From NCBI RefSeq assembly GCF_032191835.1, contig NC_083242.1:38192001-38256000 (forward strand): DNA of 64,000 nt. Reading direction: 5' to 3'. Shown here piece after piece: positions 1 through 11,440 of this stretch. Both the position numbers and the translations under genes were made by a program. The number at the start of each line of letters is the position of its first letter. The first letter of the stretch is position 1. Under the pieces are notes generated by a model. The model was given only the letters and a program-made list of their open reading frames with translations. It ran no database searches and had not been told where the DNA came from. Origin of the DNA: Heteronotia binoei (taxonomy: Eukaryota).

Positions 1-563
1 TGGCAGAGAGGATTCGAAGCAGAGCCTCCCAGATCTGACAATCATACTGCAATGCCGCCCTGCTCTTGGGCCACCTCTATGTCTCTCTCTCTCTCTCCCT
101 CTGAGGCCAGGAATCCTGGTCAACAGAGGCAAGTTCAGAGCTTGAGGGAAGCTGTCACACCCCCTACTGGCAAGGAATGTCAAAGAGAGGTCAGGAGTGC
201 ATGCGGAAGAGAAATCTACCCCCAAAGGTAGCTGGCTCGGAGCAATTAACACTAATAAAAAGGTTATTTTACTTTGCTTCGTCTGTTTCCATGTACCTCT
301 TCATGAGCCAAATCTTAGAAAACCCAGATTTTTTCATGCTTTTCTCCTCTTGCCACCCAATGTAACCCTCACTTGCCACAGGAAACTATGCAAGCGTCTA
401 GTAAAAATCAGCGTACTCCACTAAGCACAGAAAAAGGGACCTGGACGCATTATTTGGGGCCCTGAAGATTCAGGAACTGCTCACCACACAGACAAAATTC
501 AGCAGGCTCTGCTTAAGGGAAAGACCAGTCTTCGTAGCACGGTGCTCAGTGGTTCCTTTGGAG

Positions 564-907
564 CAGGGGTCCCTAACGTGGTGCCTGTGGCTGCCATGGT
601 GACCACTGACACCTTTCCTGGTGCCTGCCACATGTGGGCGGCAACAGGTGCAGTTTTTTTGCCCAGCAGGGCTTCTGATTGGCCGCTGTAGACTTGATTG
701 GCTGTGCAGGTTTTTAAAAATGTTGCTTCAGCAGCAGCCCCCACCACAACAGACGGCTCTTCACTGGGTAGTTGAAGGTTCAGTGGCGGCAGAAATGTTG
801 TGGCTGGCTCTGCCTCCTGAAGCAGCTGTTTTGTGGCTGTATCCACCACACTCCCTGTCTCAGAATTTAACAGGTGTTTATGGGCTTTAAAAGACTGGGA
901 ACTTCTG
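564..907. mobile_element. Degenerate hAT-Charlie-like MITE
   Basis: CAGGGGTCCCTAAC left end and degenerate right end; no convincing TSD. Confidence 0.4.
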
Positions 908-916
908 CTACAGAAG

Positions 917-1326
917 CATAAGAACATCAGAGAAGCCATGTTAGATCAGGCCAATGGCCCATCCAGTCCAACACTCTGTGTCACAGTGGCCCCAAAAAAA
1001 ATTATACACACACACACACACTGTGGCTAATAGCCACTGATGGACCTCTGCTCCATATTTTTATCTAACCCCCTCTTGAAGGTGGCTATGCTTGTGGCCG
1101 CCACCACCTCCTGTGGCAGTGAATTCCACATGTTAATCACCCTTTGGGTGAAGAAGTACTTCCTTTTATCCGTTTTAACCTGACTGCTCAGCAATTTCAT
1201 TGAATGCCCACGAGTTCTTGTATTGTGAGAAAGGGAGAAAAGGACTTCTTTCTCTACTTTCTCCATCCCATGCATTATCTTGTAAACCTCTATCAAGTCA
1301 CCCTGCAGTCGACGTTTCTCCAAGCA
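917..1326 (-). mobile_element. CR1 3' fragment in PARN intron 6
   Basis: [19 protein letters not shown]...WNSLP peptide and CR1 tail. Confidence 0.9.
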
Positions 1327-1455
1327 CTTCTTTATCTGAAGAGATTTGCCACAACTTAGATTCTGCACGCACAGGGAGGCGGGAGCTGATCTCCCACTGC
1401 AAGCAAGAGAAATTACGACACTGATTTCCAAGAGACGGGGAATAAGAAGGCTTAC

Positions 1456-1516
1456 CGTTGTGAAAAACTTTATTAAAATCAAATCCCTGGTTTGCTAAAA
1501 AGTCTATACTTGAACT
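1456..1516 (-). CDS. PARN: PARN exon 6 ([21 protein letters not shown], 61 nt); gene continues beyond the left edge
   Basis: ccag|...|gtaagc; matches human [21 protein letters not shown]. Confidence 0.95.
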
Positions 1517-2451
1517 CTGGGAAAATAAAGAGAAAGAAAACAGCTTTTATGACAGATGGCACAGGTCAGTGGAGCCCAATAAAAGCTCTGGTCAAAACTT
1601 ACACAGCTGCTACAAAGCAAATCACAGAACTGCTAAATGCCTCCTTGCATAGAATGAGAGTCCCAGGCAGGAAAGCTGACATGACGTTTATGGCCCCCAC
1701 AACTGAAGGTACAACCTCTTTGGGACTGGGGCGCTATGGCACATTTGGGGCACCACACGTTACAGGGGTCCTTCTTTCCTCTGAGAGACCAGGCATCCAG
1801 GACGCCCCGAGAATTCCAGTATTTGGAGGCTGCTTGACATTTGCTGAGCCCCCTTCCTTCTTCTCTCTCAGGGACCAGCAGCTTAAGGCCATCTCAAATA
1901 TGATCTTTGTGGCTGGTTGAGCAGCACCTATCTTCCAAGAAGCTGCCTGTCTGTTAGGCAAATAAAGCAGCATTGAGCTCACTGCCTTCAGGTACTGCAT
2001 TGAATCTCCACCATTATTGACTTTAGACTTCCTTTTGGCTCACACAGCCTACACATAATTAGGGATGGGTCTCAGCTCAATATCAATGAGAAATGGTCAG
2101 TGAGAAATCAATGGTCTCAGCTCAATAAGGCCCTTTATGGCCAGGGGCCTGCCTCTTCCCATATGAACCCCCCACCCCCCCGGGCTCTGAGGTCTGCTGC
2201 TCAACATCTTCTCATAGTCCCTGGTCCGAAGGCCAAGGCCTTTTCGGTGTGAGCCCCTACCTGGTGGAATGAGCCCCCATGGGAGATCCAGCCCCTGTGG
2301 GAGTTATCAAGGTTTCGCAGGGCCTGAGGCTGCTTGCAGGATATAAATCTAAAAATTAAATTAAATTAAACCTGCAGGGCAGAAAAGGGGTTTTGGGAGG
2401 CTTCCGTGGCCAAGAAGGAAGAGAAGCGCACTGACCGATTTTCTCACTAAC

Positions 2452-2533
2452 CTGACAGACAAATTTGACATCTGGCGAGCTTCTGTTGAAAGGTTTGGGA
2501 AAGATATAGAAATTAAATGATTTCATGATGTAC
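2452..2533 (-). CDS. PARN: PARN exon 5 ([27 protein letters not shown], 82 nt)
   Basis: ctag|...|gttagt; near-identical to human peptide. Confidence 0.95.
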
Positions 2534-2619
2534 CTAGGAAGGGTAAGAGAAACAGAAGTCAGGTGACCCTGTGTTCACAGGTCTCGATTTAAAAGCATTA
2601 AATCAGGAGAGCAACATAC

Positions 2620-2687
2620 TTTTCTTCCGTGAGGTCATATTTAAAAGTGCAGAGTCCAAACTGGAACAGCAAGAAACCCATGGAATG
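2620..2687 (-). CDS. PARN: PARN exon 4 ([23 protein letters not shown], 68 nt)
   Basis: ctag|...|gtatgt; human [23 protein letters not shown]. Confidence 0.95.
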
Positions 2688-2820
2688 CTAGAGAAGAAAA
2701 AAGAGGGACGAAGTAAATCTGTTCAGAGCTTCATTCGGAGCTGAGGACCAAGCGGAATGCCTTATGTTACACAGAACCCATTTTCTAGTCTTTGTTGCAA
2801 CATGTAAACTTTGATACATA

Positions 2821-2998
2821 CAGGGCTTTTTTTTGGAACAGGAACTTCTTTACATATCAGGCCACACCCCTCTGATGTAGCCAATCCTCCTGGAGCTTCC
2901 AGTAGGCCCTGTAAGAAGACCCTGTAAGTTCTTGGAGGATTGGCTACATCAGGGGTATGTGGCCTAATATGCATAGGAGTTCCTGCTACAAAAACCCC
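2821..2998. mobile_element. Palindromic hAT-type MITE
   Basis: CAGGGCTTTTTTT TIR, near-fully palindromic body, 8-bp TSD GATACATA on both sides. Confidence 0.85.
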
Positions 2999-3665
2999 GA
3001 TACATACATGTATTAATGAACTGTTGTTTTCAAGTGTACCAGCACACGTCCCAGAGATCTGCGGGCTGCAGGGGAGGAGGGCAGCGTTGGTTGCCCCAGG
3101 GTCCCAGAGGCCGGGAGGGGAGGTGGCCAGGCAAATTCAGGAGGGCCCCTGTGGCCACGGTCCTATCCCACACCCTTTTACACAAACATAATTGTGGAAT
3201 CCCCTAACAAGAACCATTTACAGAGGATAAAAGAAATCCACTGAGGATTTTTCCTGATGGTAAAGAACAGATCCTCATTCCTTGAGGTGAACAAGTAGAA
3301 AAGGAAACGAACTCTACCTACAACTGCTCTGCTCTCTTTGATAGATAAAAGAGATCTCACAGATAACAGGCAAATCCCAAATTGTGAACAGTGATATCTG
3401 TTCAATGTAAAAAACAGAATTTTTTTTTTACAATATTTAATTCTTGGCTAGATATCCAAAGCATAACAAATACTGAGAACCGAAATGTGTTGAACTCTGT
3501 TTTTGCTGGCATTTTCTACATAATTAAACTTTAGTCCCCAACTCATCATGCACACAAAAAAAAGCCAAAAAAGGGTCTAGTTTCCCTTTAGTACTCCCCT
3601 CAGCACAGAAAAGACCAGAAAGCTCTCATAGGTTACACTGCGCCTCCACAGGCAAGAGCTTTTCA

Positions 3666-3770
<105 letters not shown>

Positions 3771-3781
3771 TCATTACAAAA

Positions 3782-4032
3782 CAATAAGAAGAGCTGGTTT
3801 TTATACCTCGCTTTTCTCCGCCTTGAGGAGTTCCAAAATGGCTTACTATCGCCTTTCCCTGCCTCTCCCACAACAGGTACCTTGGGAGACAGGTGGGGCT
3901 GAGAGAGTTCTGAGAGAACTGTGACTGGCCCAAGGTCACCCAGCTGGCTTCATGAGGAGGAGGAGGAGTGGGAATTAAACCTGGCTCTTCAGATTAGAGT
4001 CCGCCGCTCTTAACCACCACACTACGCTGACT
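3782..4032 (-). mobile_element. Second tRNA-derived SINE family (GGTGACCTTGGGCCAGTCAC core)
   Basis: Related copies at ~17350-17430, 27200-27560, 43840-44110, 44410-44560 and 52680-52830. Confidence 0.75.
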
Positions 4033-4406
4033 CTCATCTAACAACACACATTAAAAGGTTTAGGAACCTCTTGAAGTCACTCAGTGAGGCAAAACAGTCA
4101 GCGTCTCGGGTTAGGGCTTTTTTGTTACAAAGAGACCACCAATTACACCCTGATTTACCATCCCTACAAAAAAAGGAAAAGGATGCAAAACTTTCATTCT
4201 TCACAGGCCCCCTAGAGACTGAATATCTTGCTGGACTGACCCAAAATTCAGTGATTTGGCATTTAACAATATTACAGCAGTTTGGCTACAGTTCATGAAG
4301 CAGGAACTTTTCAGAGAAGTGACCCAAGAAATGTTGCAGGCTCAGACCCTTACAACATAGTTTAACAAAAGAAATTCCACAACTTAAGTTATTGGCCCTG
4401 CAGTAC

Positions 4407-4484
4407 CTGAGAACTCTCCATCAATTGCCAAAAAGTCCGCCTCTTCAATAGCTTCACAAACTTTGCTGAGATTATCCTTAAAAT
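4407..4484 (-). CDS. PARN: PARN exon 2 ([26 protein letters not shown], 78 nt)
   Basis: AG/GT flanks; contains the DEDD catalytic D28/E30 motif IDGEFSG; phases fit neighbouring exons. Confidence 0.95.
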
Positions 4485-5954
4485 CTGTAGGCAGTCAAGA
4501 GAAGAAGGAAAGAAATTCAGACCACCTCATTACTATGTTCTTCCGCAGATGTGGGACAGACTTAAAAGTTTCTTTCTTTCCACCCCTGAAGCTCTGAAAT
4601 CCAAAGACGGCATTGCTGAAAGCTTGATTAATCATTTAGGAATCTTCCCTTCATCCAGTTAATACACTTTACCCCCATTCACAAGTTACGCTTTCCCGTT
4701 TTAAATGTCTTGGGGGACCCCTTACACCAGTGTGGGAAAAGGCAGGCTTCCCTCTTACTGGTCTTGCGGCCAGACTCTGATGAGGACGCGGCTGGGGATG
4801 GTCGGAGAATATGCAGCCCCTCCGTCTTTCTGCATTACCTGCCCATTCTCACTTTTCTTCAACTCCTCCCACAAACTGAGGAAGGAGGTCATGGAAAAGA
4901 CATGCCGGTCTCACCAAAGAGTTGACAAGGGTGGGAGAGGCGTCTTAACTTCACTCAGGGGTCCCTGCTAGCAAAGTGTTAGCAGCACCTTGCCTGACAT
5001 GGAACAAGCAAGCTGACAATTCCCTTGCTGCAGCCGTCTCAGTGTCACAAGAACTACAGAAGGCACAAGACAACATAGTCCTGCCACAAGTGCCCAATTA
5101 TGGGAAGGACTGGGCAAGGAAGATCTTCTCGACACGTGTTACTGAGGAGACACTTTCAAAACAAGGAGGAAAAGTACCAGGCATGGGACAGCCGGAAGAG
5201 ACCAATGAGCCAGTGTGGCCTGGCATCATGTCTCCCACAGGGGCAGAGCATTTGTTTTGTATGCGGAAATTCCCAGGATCTCCAGTTCAAAGGGTCAGGC
5301 AGGCAGTGACAAGAGAGCTATTGCCATTCCGAGTAGGCAAGGCCTGAGTTAGCAGAAGGCAGCTTCCTGTGTTCGGTACTCAAAGTACCTCCTCTGGAGT
5401 CTGCAGCCCAAAGAATCAGGTGATGTTAAAGATCTTAACGAGACCCGAGAGAGCTGCTGAGCAGACAAAGACAGACTTGCAGCCTCACCCGGCAGAAGCC
5501 TGTGTGTTTGCATTTATCCTGCTATGTGCTCTCACAATGACAGAAAAGAAGGTACTGCAAGGCCTCTCTTCACCTGCCCTGCAATCTCTGGGAACTGCCC
5601 GCCCACAGAGCAACTAACGTTCAGTGATACACTGCATCTGGAGGTTCCGTTTCACCATTCAGGATAATAGCCGGTGGTACAGGAGGGAGCATTTATTTCT
5701 CATCTCCACCTGTCAAGCCTTGCTGAGACTATCAGGAGTAGTAGTTGCCAGCAAACCAGGAGGAAAATGCCCCATCCCTTTAACAGAGGCTGAAGCTTTT
5801 TTGTGGCCAGGAGATAAACAACAAGTAAACTTGAATGCACGAAGCTGCCTTAGAGCAAATCAGCAAACACACGGGGTCCTGGGGGGTAATCAAGCTTAAC
5901 CAAAGGAAACCCCCAATACTGCGGGTTTCCTTTGCTTGAGTTTTGTTAGAGTGA

Positions 5955-7760
5955 ATCAGACCTGTCAGCCCATCGAGGCCAGTCTTGTCTGCTCAGGGCT
6001 CTCCAGAGTCTCAGGCACAGGTCTTTCCCATCACCTCCTGCCTGGTCCATTCTAGCTTGGAGATGCTGCAGATTGAAACTGGGACCCACTGCATGCAAAG
6101 CAGATCATCTGCCCCTGAGACACAGCCCCTCCCCACCACAGATGAAGTCTCCTCCTACTGAATCAGACCAGCCAGCCCATCGAGGCCAGTCTTGTCTACT
6201 CGTGCCAGCAGTGGCTTTCCCATCACCTCCTGCCTGGGCCTTTTGAACTGGAGATGCCAGGAACTAAACCAGGGACCTTGTGCATGCCAAGCAGAGGCTC
6301 TTGCACTGAGCTATGGCCCTTCTCCATGGCACTCCAGGGTCTCAGGCTGAGGTCTTTCCCATCACCTCCTGCCTGATCCTTTTAACTAGAGATGCCAGGG
6401 ATTGACCCTGGGACCTTCTGCATGCCAAGCAGAGGCTCTTCCACTGAGCTATGGCCCTTCTCCATGGCACTCCAGGGTCTCAAGCTGAGGTCTTTCACAT
6501 CACCTCCTGCCTGATCCTTTTAACTGGAAATGCCAGGGATTGACCCTGGGACTTTCTGCATGCCAAGCAGAGGCTCTTCCACTGAGCTATGGCCCTTCTC
6601 CATGACTCTCCAGGGTCTCAGGCTGAGGTCTTTCCCATCACCTCCTGCCTGATCCTTTTAACTGGAGATGCCAGGGATTGACCCTGGGACCTTCTGCATG
6701 CCAAGCAGAGGCTCTTCCACTGAGCTATGGCCCTTCTCCAGGACTCCCAGGGTCTCAGGCTGAGGTCTTTCCCATCACCTCCTGCCTGATCCTTTTAACT
6801 GGAGATGGCCCTTCTGATCCTTTTAACTGGAGATGGCCCTGCCTGATCCTTTTAACTGGAGATGCCAGGGATTGACCCTGGGACCTTCTGCATGCCAAGC
6901 AGAGGCTCTTCCACTGAGCTATGGCCCTTCTCCAGGACTCCCAGGGTCTCAGGCTGAGGTCTTTCCCATCACCTCCTGCCTGATCCTTTTAACTGGAGAT
7001 GGCCCTTCTGATCCTTTTAACTGGAGATGGCCCTGCCTGATCCTTTTAACTGGAGATGCCAGGGATTGACCCTGGGACCTTCTGCATGCCAAGCAGAGGC
7101 TCTTCCACTGAGCTATGGCCCTTCTCCAGGACTCTCCAGGGTCTCAGGCTGAGGTCTTTCCCATCACCTCCTGCCTGATCCTTTTAACTGGAGATGGCCC
7201 TTCTGATCCTTTTAACTGGAGATGGCCCTGCCTGATCCTTTTAACTGGAGATGCCAGGGATTGACCCTGGGACCTTCTGCATGCCAAGCAGAGGCTCTTC
7301 CACTGAGCTATGGCCCTTCTCCAGGACTCTCCAGGGTCTCAGGCTGAGGTCTTTCCCATCACCTCCTGCCTGATCCTTTTAACTGGAGATGCCAGGGATT
7401 GACCCTGGGACCTTCTGCATGCCAAGCAGAGGCTCTTCCACTGAGCTATGGCCCTTCTCCAGGACTCTCCAGGGTCTCAGGCTGAGGTCTTTCCCATCAC
7501 CTCCTGCCTGATCCTTTTAACTGGAGATGCCAGGGATTGACCCTGGGACCTTCTGCATGCCAAGCAGAGGCTCTTCCACTGAGCCATGGTCCCCCCCCTG
7601 CCTTCTACAGAATCAGACCCTCCCCCCCGCCCATCAAGGTCCGTGTTGTCTACTCGGACTGGCAGCAGCTCTCCCAGGGTCTCTCCCATCCCCTCCTGCC
7701 TGGGCCTTTTGAACTGGAGCTGCTGCCCCCGGGGATTGAACCTGGGGCCTTGTGCAGGCC
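5955..7760 (-). repeat. Tandem array of tRNA-derived SINE 5' halves (SINE-derived minisatellite), PARN intron 1
   Basis: About 9 near-identical 138/194-bp monomers (6210-7575) plus diverged flanking units; each has A-box TAGCTCAGTGG and B-box-like GGTCAATCCC. Confidence 0.9.
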
Positions 7761-7779
7761 AAGCAGAGCCACATTTCCC

Positions 7780-8370
7780 CGTCCAGGCAGCTGGAGCCCC
7801 CTCCCCGCATTACCCGCCTGGCCTTTGCCGTCCCTCCGCAGAGGCTGCCGCCCACTTTCTTGGGGGGTCGGAGGCCACGCCCAGCGCCCGCCCCCCCCTT
7901 CGGTAGTCAAGGGGCTGCACTTTGCACATGCTCAGAGGCCGGAGAACTCACTGCTCCTGGTCACCTCCATGCCCGCGGCTCAGGCTCCTGGCCGGCCTCT
8001 CCCTCCCCGGGCCGGGTCAGGCCAAGGCGGCCGCCTCTCCGCTCAGGCCCAGCGAGGCACTTCCGGAAACAAACAACCCCCCTCCGGCCCACCCCCTCTC
8101 CCCGCGGCGCGTCTGGGCCACGTGTTCCGCGTCGCCGAGATGATGACGTCAACGACACTACACCGCCTCCGCCGGCTCATGTCTCGCGCGACTGAGCGTG
8201 CGCGGCCGCTCTCGGGCATGCGCAGTCGCGGAACCCGAGCTCCTCTTGCCCTTTTTTTTTTGCCCTCACTTGGGCGGGGCTGCCGTGCAAGAATCGAGAG
8301 TCGCAGGAGGGTCCCGGGGATGCCACGCGTGGAAGGGCGCCTGGTGTCTGCTCCCGTGCACGTGTGAACA
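7780..8370. promoter_or_regulatory. PARN CpG-island promoter
   Basis: CpG-dense; ETS-like ACTTCCGGAA ~8059-8068, E-box CACGTG 8119-8124, CRE TGACGTCA 8144-8151, NRF1-like GCATGCGCA 8216-8224. Motif function is inferred. Confidence 0.75.
7952..7970 (-). CDS. PARN: PARN coding exon 1 (MEVTRS, 19 nt)
   Basis: ATG GAG GTG ACC AGG AGC A|GTGAGT in a CpG island; matches human MEIIRSN and its 19-nt exon. Confidence 0.9.
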
Positions 8371-8700
8371 TATGAACATATGAAGCTGCCTTATACTGAA
8401 TCAGACACTTGGTCCATCCAAGTCAGTATTGTCTTCTCAGACTGGCAGCGGCTCTCCGGGGTCTCAAGCTGAGGTTTTCCACACCAATTTGCTTGGACCC
8501 TTTTTTGGAGATGCCGGGGATTGAACCTGGGACCTTCTGCTTCCCAAGCAGATGCTCTACCACTGAGCCACCGTCCCTCCCCCTCAGCCTGAGACCCTGG
8601 AGAGTCATGGAGAAGGGATGGCTCAGTGGCAGAGCCTCTGCTTGGCATGCAGAAGGTCCCAGGGTCAATCCCTGGCATCTCCAGTTAACATCCAGGTTGC
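8358..8700. mobile_element. Full-length tRNA(Ala-like) SINE (minus, 8358-8583) back-to-back with a partial plus copy
   Basis: Head ...GCTCAGTGGTAGAGC...GGTTCAATCCCCGGCATCTCCA; tail GGCAGCTTCATATGTTC. Similar copies at 51545-51775 (-) and ~45905-46100 (+). Squam3-like by recall. Confidence 0.85.
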
Positions 8701-10272
8701 AGGTGATAGGTGATAGCGTGTGCAGAGGTTAACATTAGCCTGGAAAGGGGGAAGCCACCGGACTCACTTCCAGAGTGTTGCTTCCTTCGACCCAAGGAGC
8801 CAGTTTCAGCGTTGCCAACACTGGGTTGGGAAATTCCTGGAGATTTGGGTGGGGCAAAACGTGGTGGAAAGCAGGGTTTGAGGGGGGGGGGGCAATCAGT
8901 GGCATTGGCCTTAGTCTACCCTGCGAGTCAGCCATTTTCTCCGGGGGAATATAATCTCTGCTTGCGGGAGATCAATTGTAATTCCAGTAGACTGCAGGCC
9001 CCACCTGGAGATTGGCAACCCCAAGCTTGTTGGGTGCAAGTTGGGGAGGAACTTAAAGCAGTAACGCCCCTCCCCCCTTTGGCTGTGGGCTCCCGGGTTA
9101 GTTTACTCATCCAAGCACCCCTCCTCAAGTCCATTCAGCGGATACAAGCAGGTTCAAAATATCAACCCTTTGTTTGCAGGGGGACAACTCCCACAACCTA
9201 CAAGTGCAGCTAACGTCCAAAACGTCAAACTGAAACAAGCGTTCCACCCACTAGAACGAAACTAAAACACAGATATGTGGCGGGGGGGGGGCGGAGCGGC
9301 TGCCCCATTGCATTTAATCAATAAATACACCACAAAGGCGGAGATCAGTCCGGTTTTTTTAATGTGTTCTCACTGTGGCAGCCACGGCCTCCAGTCTGCA
9401 AGACTGCTAGCATCGTTTATTCATTGGGTTACCAAAAGCTGGAAGTGACTGGACGGCGCTTGTGCACTCGCACACGGTGGCTTCTTCGGAGTCTTTTGGG
9501 CCATTCTCGCTTGATTCGCCCTCCGGTCGGTCACTCTGGGTGGGGGGTGTCAGAGAGGCAACGCAGGGATGACGGAGAAACGAGCTCAAAACCAGACAGG
9601 TTCTTCTTACAATGGGGGGGGGGGAGGCCTTGAACTTAATGAATTCGAATCCAGCATTTTGTATTTATGTAGAGTCCCCCTTCTTTGCTGAGGTGGGTCA
9701 TATAAAAGAATGCAATCCGTCCTGCAGCACCAGAGAACCCGGGAGCGATGCAGGAGGACGAGGACTGCAGACTCGGGGTGGTGCAAGCAACGAACTGTCC
9801 AAGGCAAGCAGAAATGAGCAGCACCTGCCAAACGACCAGGATTTGCGGCGGCAGAGTAGGAACTTCTCGGAGCCGTCAGCTCTGTGCAGGAGACGTGAGC
9901 GGGACTCCCTGCGGAAAGCTGCGCCTTGCAGGTGCTGCCGGCCTCTGGGTCTCCCGCTCGCCCTCCAGCCCTGCCCGGGGCCCCTCGGCCCGCTTTCCGG
10001 GAGCCCCGCTCTGCAGAGCGCCCAGGCCTGGCCTCCTGGTGGAGCTGGGGCCCTGGAGGAGGCCCTGGGCTTGCAAAGGCCCCGGGCCCAGGAAGGCGGC
10101 GGCGGCGGCGGCTCCACTGCTCGGCGCTTGTGGCCGCCTCCTTTCCCCGGGGCCGTGGGTGGGGCCGAGGAGGCGGCGCTGTGCTCGTGCGCCCCGTCCA
10201 GCCCCGCGAGCGAGCGGCGCTCTTGCGCAACCTCGTCGCGCTCTCCGTGCCGCTTGCAGGCTGGCTGCGAAG

Positions 10273-10321
10273 ATGGCGGGCAAGGCGGCGTGGGCTCGGC
10301 GGCTGCCCCTCCTGCGCGCAG
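10273..10321 (+). CDS. ECI1: ECI1 exon 1 (MAGKAAWARRLPLLRAG; mitochondrial presequence-like)
   Basis: aagATGG context, donor G|GTACC, Arg/Ala-rich without acidic residues; phase 1 fits exon 2. Confidence 0.8.
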
Positions 10322-10430
10322 GTACCGCCGCTCCCCGCCCCGCCCCGTCCTGGCTGCTGGCGGGCAAGGGCCGGGGGGGGCTGGCAGCAGCAGCAGGGGC
10401 TTGCAGCGGCGGGGCTGCTTTGTCTTGCAG

Positions 10431-10505
10431 GGCTGTGGAGCGGCGCGGGCGCGAGGCGACCCTTCAGCAACGACAAGGTCCTGGTGGAGCTGGACGAGAG
10501 CACCG
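10431..10505 (+). CDS. ECI1: ECI1 exon 2 (LWSGAGARRPFSNDKVLVELDESTG)
   Basis: tgtcttgcag|...|gtgag; aligns to human ARRFGSQRVLVEPDAGAG. Confidence 0.85.
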
Positions 10506-10619
10506 GTGAGGGGCGGGAGGGGGCTTGGAGGGCCCCAGCAGGGGCACCTTGAAGACCGACCAGGCCGGGCTCCCTCGAAGCGGAGAGATCCGTGTCGGTC
10601 TGAAGCACTAGAACAAAGT

Positions 10620-10790
10620 AGGAGTCAAGCATCGCCTTGAAGACCAGCAAAGTTTTATCCAGAACGTCACCTTTAGTGCGCATGCAGAGCCCATCGCCTC
10701 ATCTGGAGAAGTCTGCGTGCGCACGAGAGCTGAATTTCTGAATAAAACTTTGCCGGTCTTCAAGGTGCAACTGGACTCCTCCTTCCCTCT
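10620..10790. repeat. Inverted-repeat element of the GGTCTTAAAGGTGC..CTGGACT family (probably Penelope-like ends)
   Basis: CTTGAAGACCAGCAAAGTTTTAT...ATAAAACTTTGCCGGTCTTCAAG; related pieces at ~11785-11860, 52430-52520 and 55190-55270. Family assignment from recall. Confidence 0.5.
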
Positions 10791-11244
10791 AAGCGGAGTG
10801 AGTGTGAACTAGCTCACGGTTTTTATATGCACACAACTTGAATGCCAGGAGATCATAAAGTAGAATGTTTGCTCACAGGACTCCACGGCTTAGAGGGGCT
10901 CTTGCAACCAAGCGCGGCTGGGGAGGAGTTGTCGTTCTGCAGCCACAATTCAACTTCGCTGGGCTCGAACATGACCGATGACAACAGAAACAGGCCAGGA
11001 AAAGCCTGCCACCCTTTATGGAAGGGAGCCCAGGCTGCTTGAGGCAACTTGCAAAGTGTAAAACCATAAAGCGTCAGTCATAATAAAAGCAGCCATAAAG
11101 CAGCCTTGAAGCGCTTCAAAGGGTCCTCCGGCCAGGTCTCCCAAGGCTAGAAGCAGCCCTGGGAAATCTCTGGCAAGGGCCGGCCCCTGGTGCCTCCAGC
11201 CATTGCAGTACAAGAGGCCGGTCCCCTTTGCCCCCTGACCTGGC

Positions 11245-11440
11245 AAGCCCAGTGATTGCATCAGATCTCGGAAGCTAAGCAGGACTGACCCTGGCAAGGA
11301 CTTGGATGGGAGACCTTCTTGGAATACCAGCATTCAGGAGGGCAGGGCAGGCTTTATTCCGCCACCTCCCTGAATATCCTCCAGGCTCCCAGCGGAGGTC
11401 GCCATAACTTCCAGGTGCACAAACACACACTCTTGCCGGC
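11245..11440 (+). mobile_element. 5S rRNA-headed SINE (ECI1 intron 2)
   Basis: GATCTCGGAAGCTAAGCAGG...CTTGGATGGGAGACC...GGAATACC matches the 5S internal promoter region but is degenerate and truncated. Confidence 0.7.

Larger units (their letters stand above)
9880..10560. promoter_or_regulatory. ECI1 CpG island (promoter, exons 1-2)
   Basis: Very GC/CpG-rich stretch spanning the ECI1 start codon. Confidence 0.7.

Noticed and set aside
3350-3410. Minus-strand QFGIC peptide resembling PARN exon 4 (possible duplicated exon)
   Set aside because: Short, weak similarity, no matching frame or splice sites; the true exon 4 is at 2620-2687.
7537-8367. 276-aa ORF antisense to PARN exon 1
   Set aside because: Begins in a SINE monomer and runs through the CpG island; no recognisable domain.
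8505-8583. tRNA-like sequence with A and B boxes
   Set aside because: Continues into a SINE body and tail and is multi-copy, so it is a SINE head and not a tRNA gene.
9320-9325. Orphan plus-strand AATAAA as a relic of an upstream gene's 3' end (RNPS1 in human)
   Set aside because: No accompanying homology; a hexamer alone is not evidence.
9607-10683. Long overlapping ORFs (358, 342, 253 and 208 aa) over the ECI1 CpG island
   Set aside because: Stop-poor GC-rich sequence with low-complexity translations; only the short ECI1 exons 1-2 have homology and splice support.
11262-11329. Possible 5S rRNA gene
   Set aside because: Partial, diverged, lacks the 5S ends and is fused to SINE body sequence.
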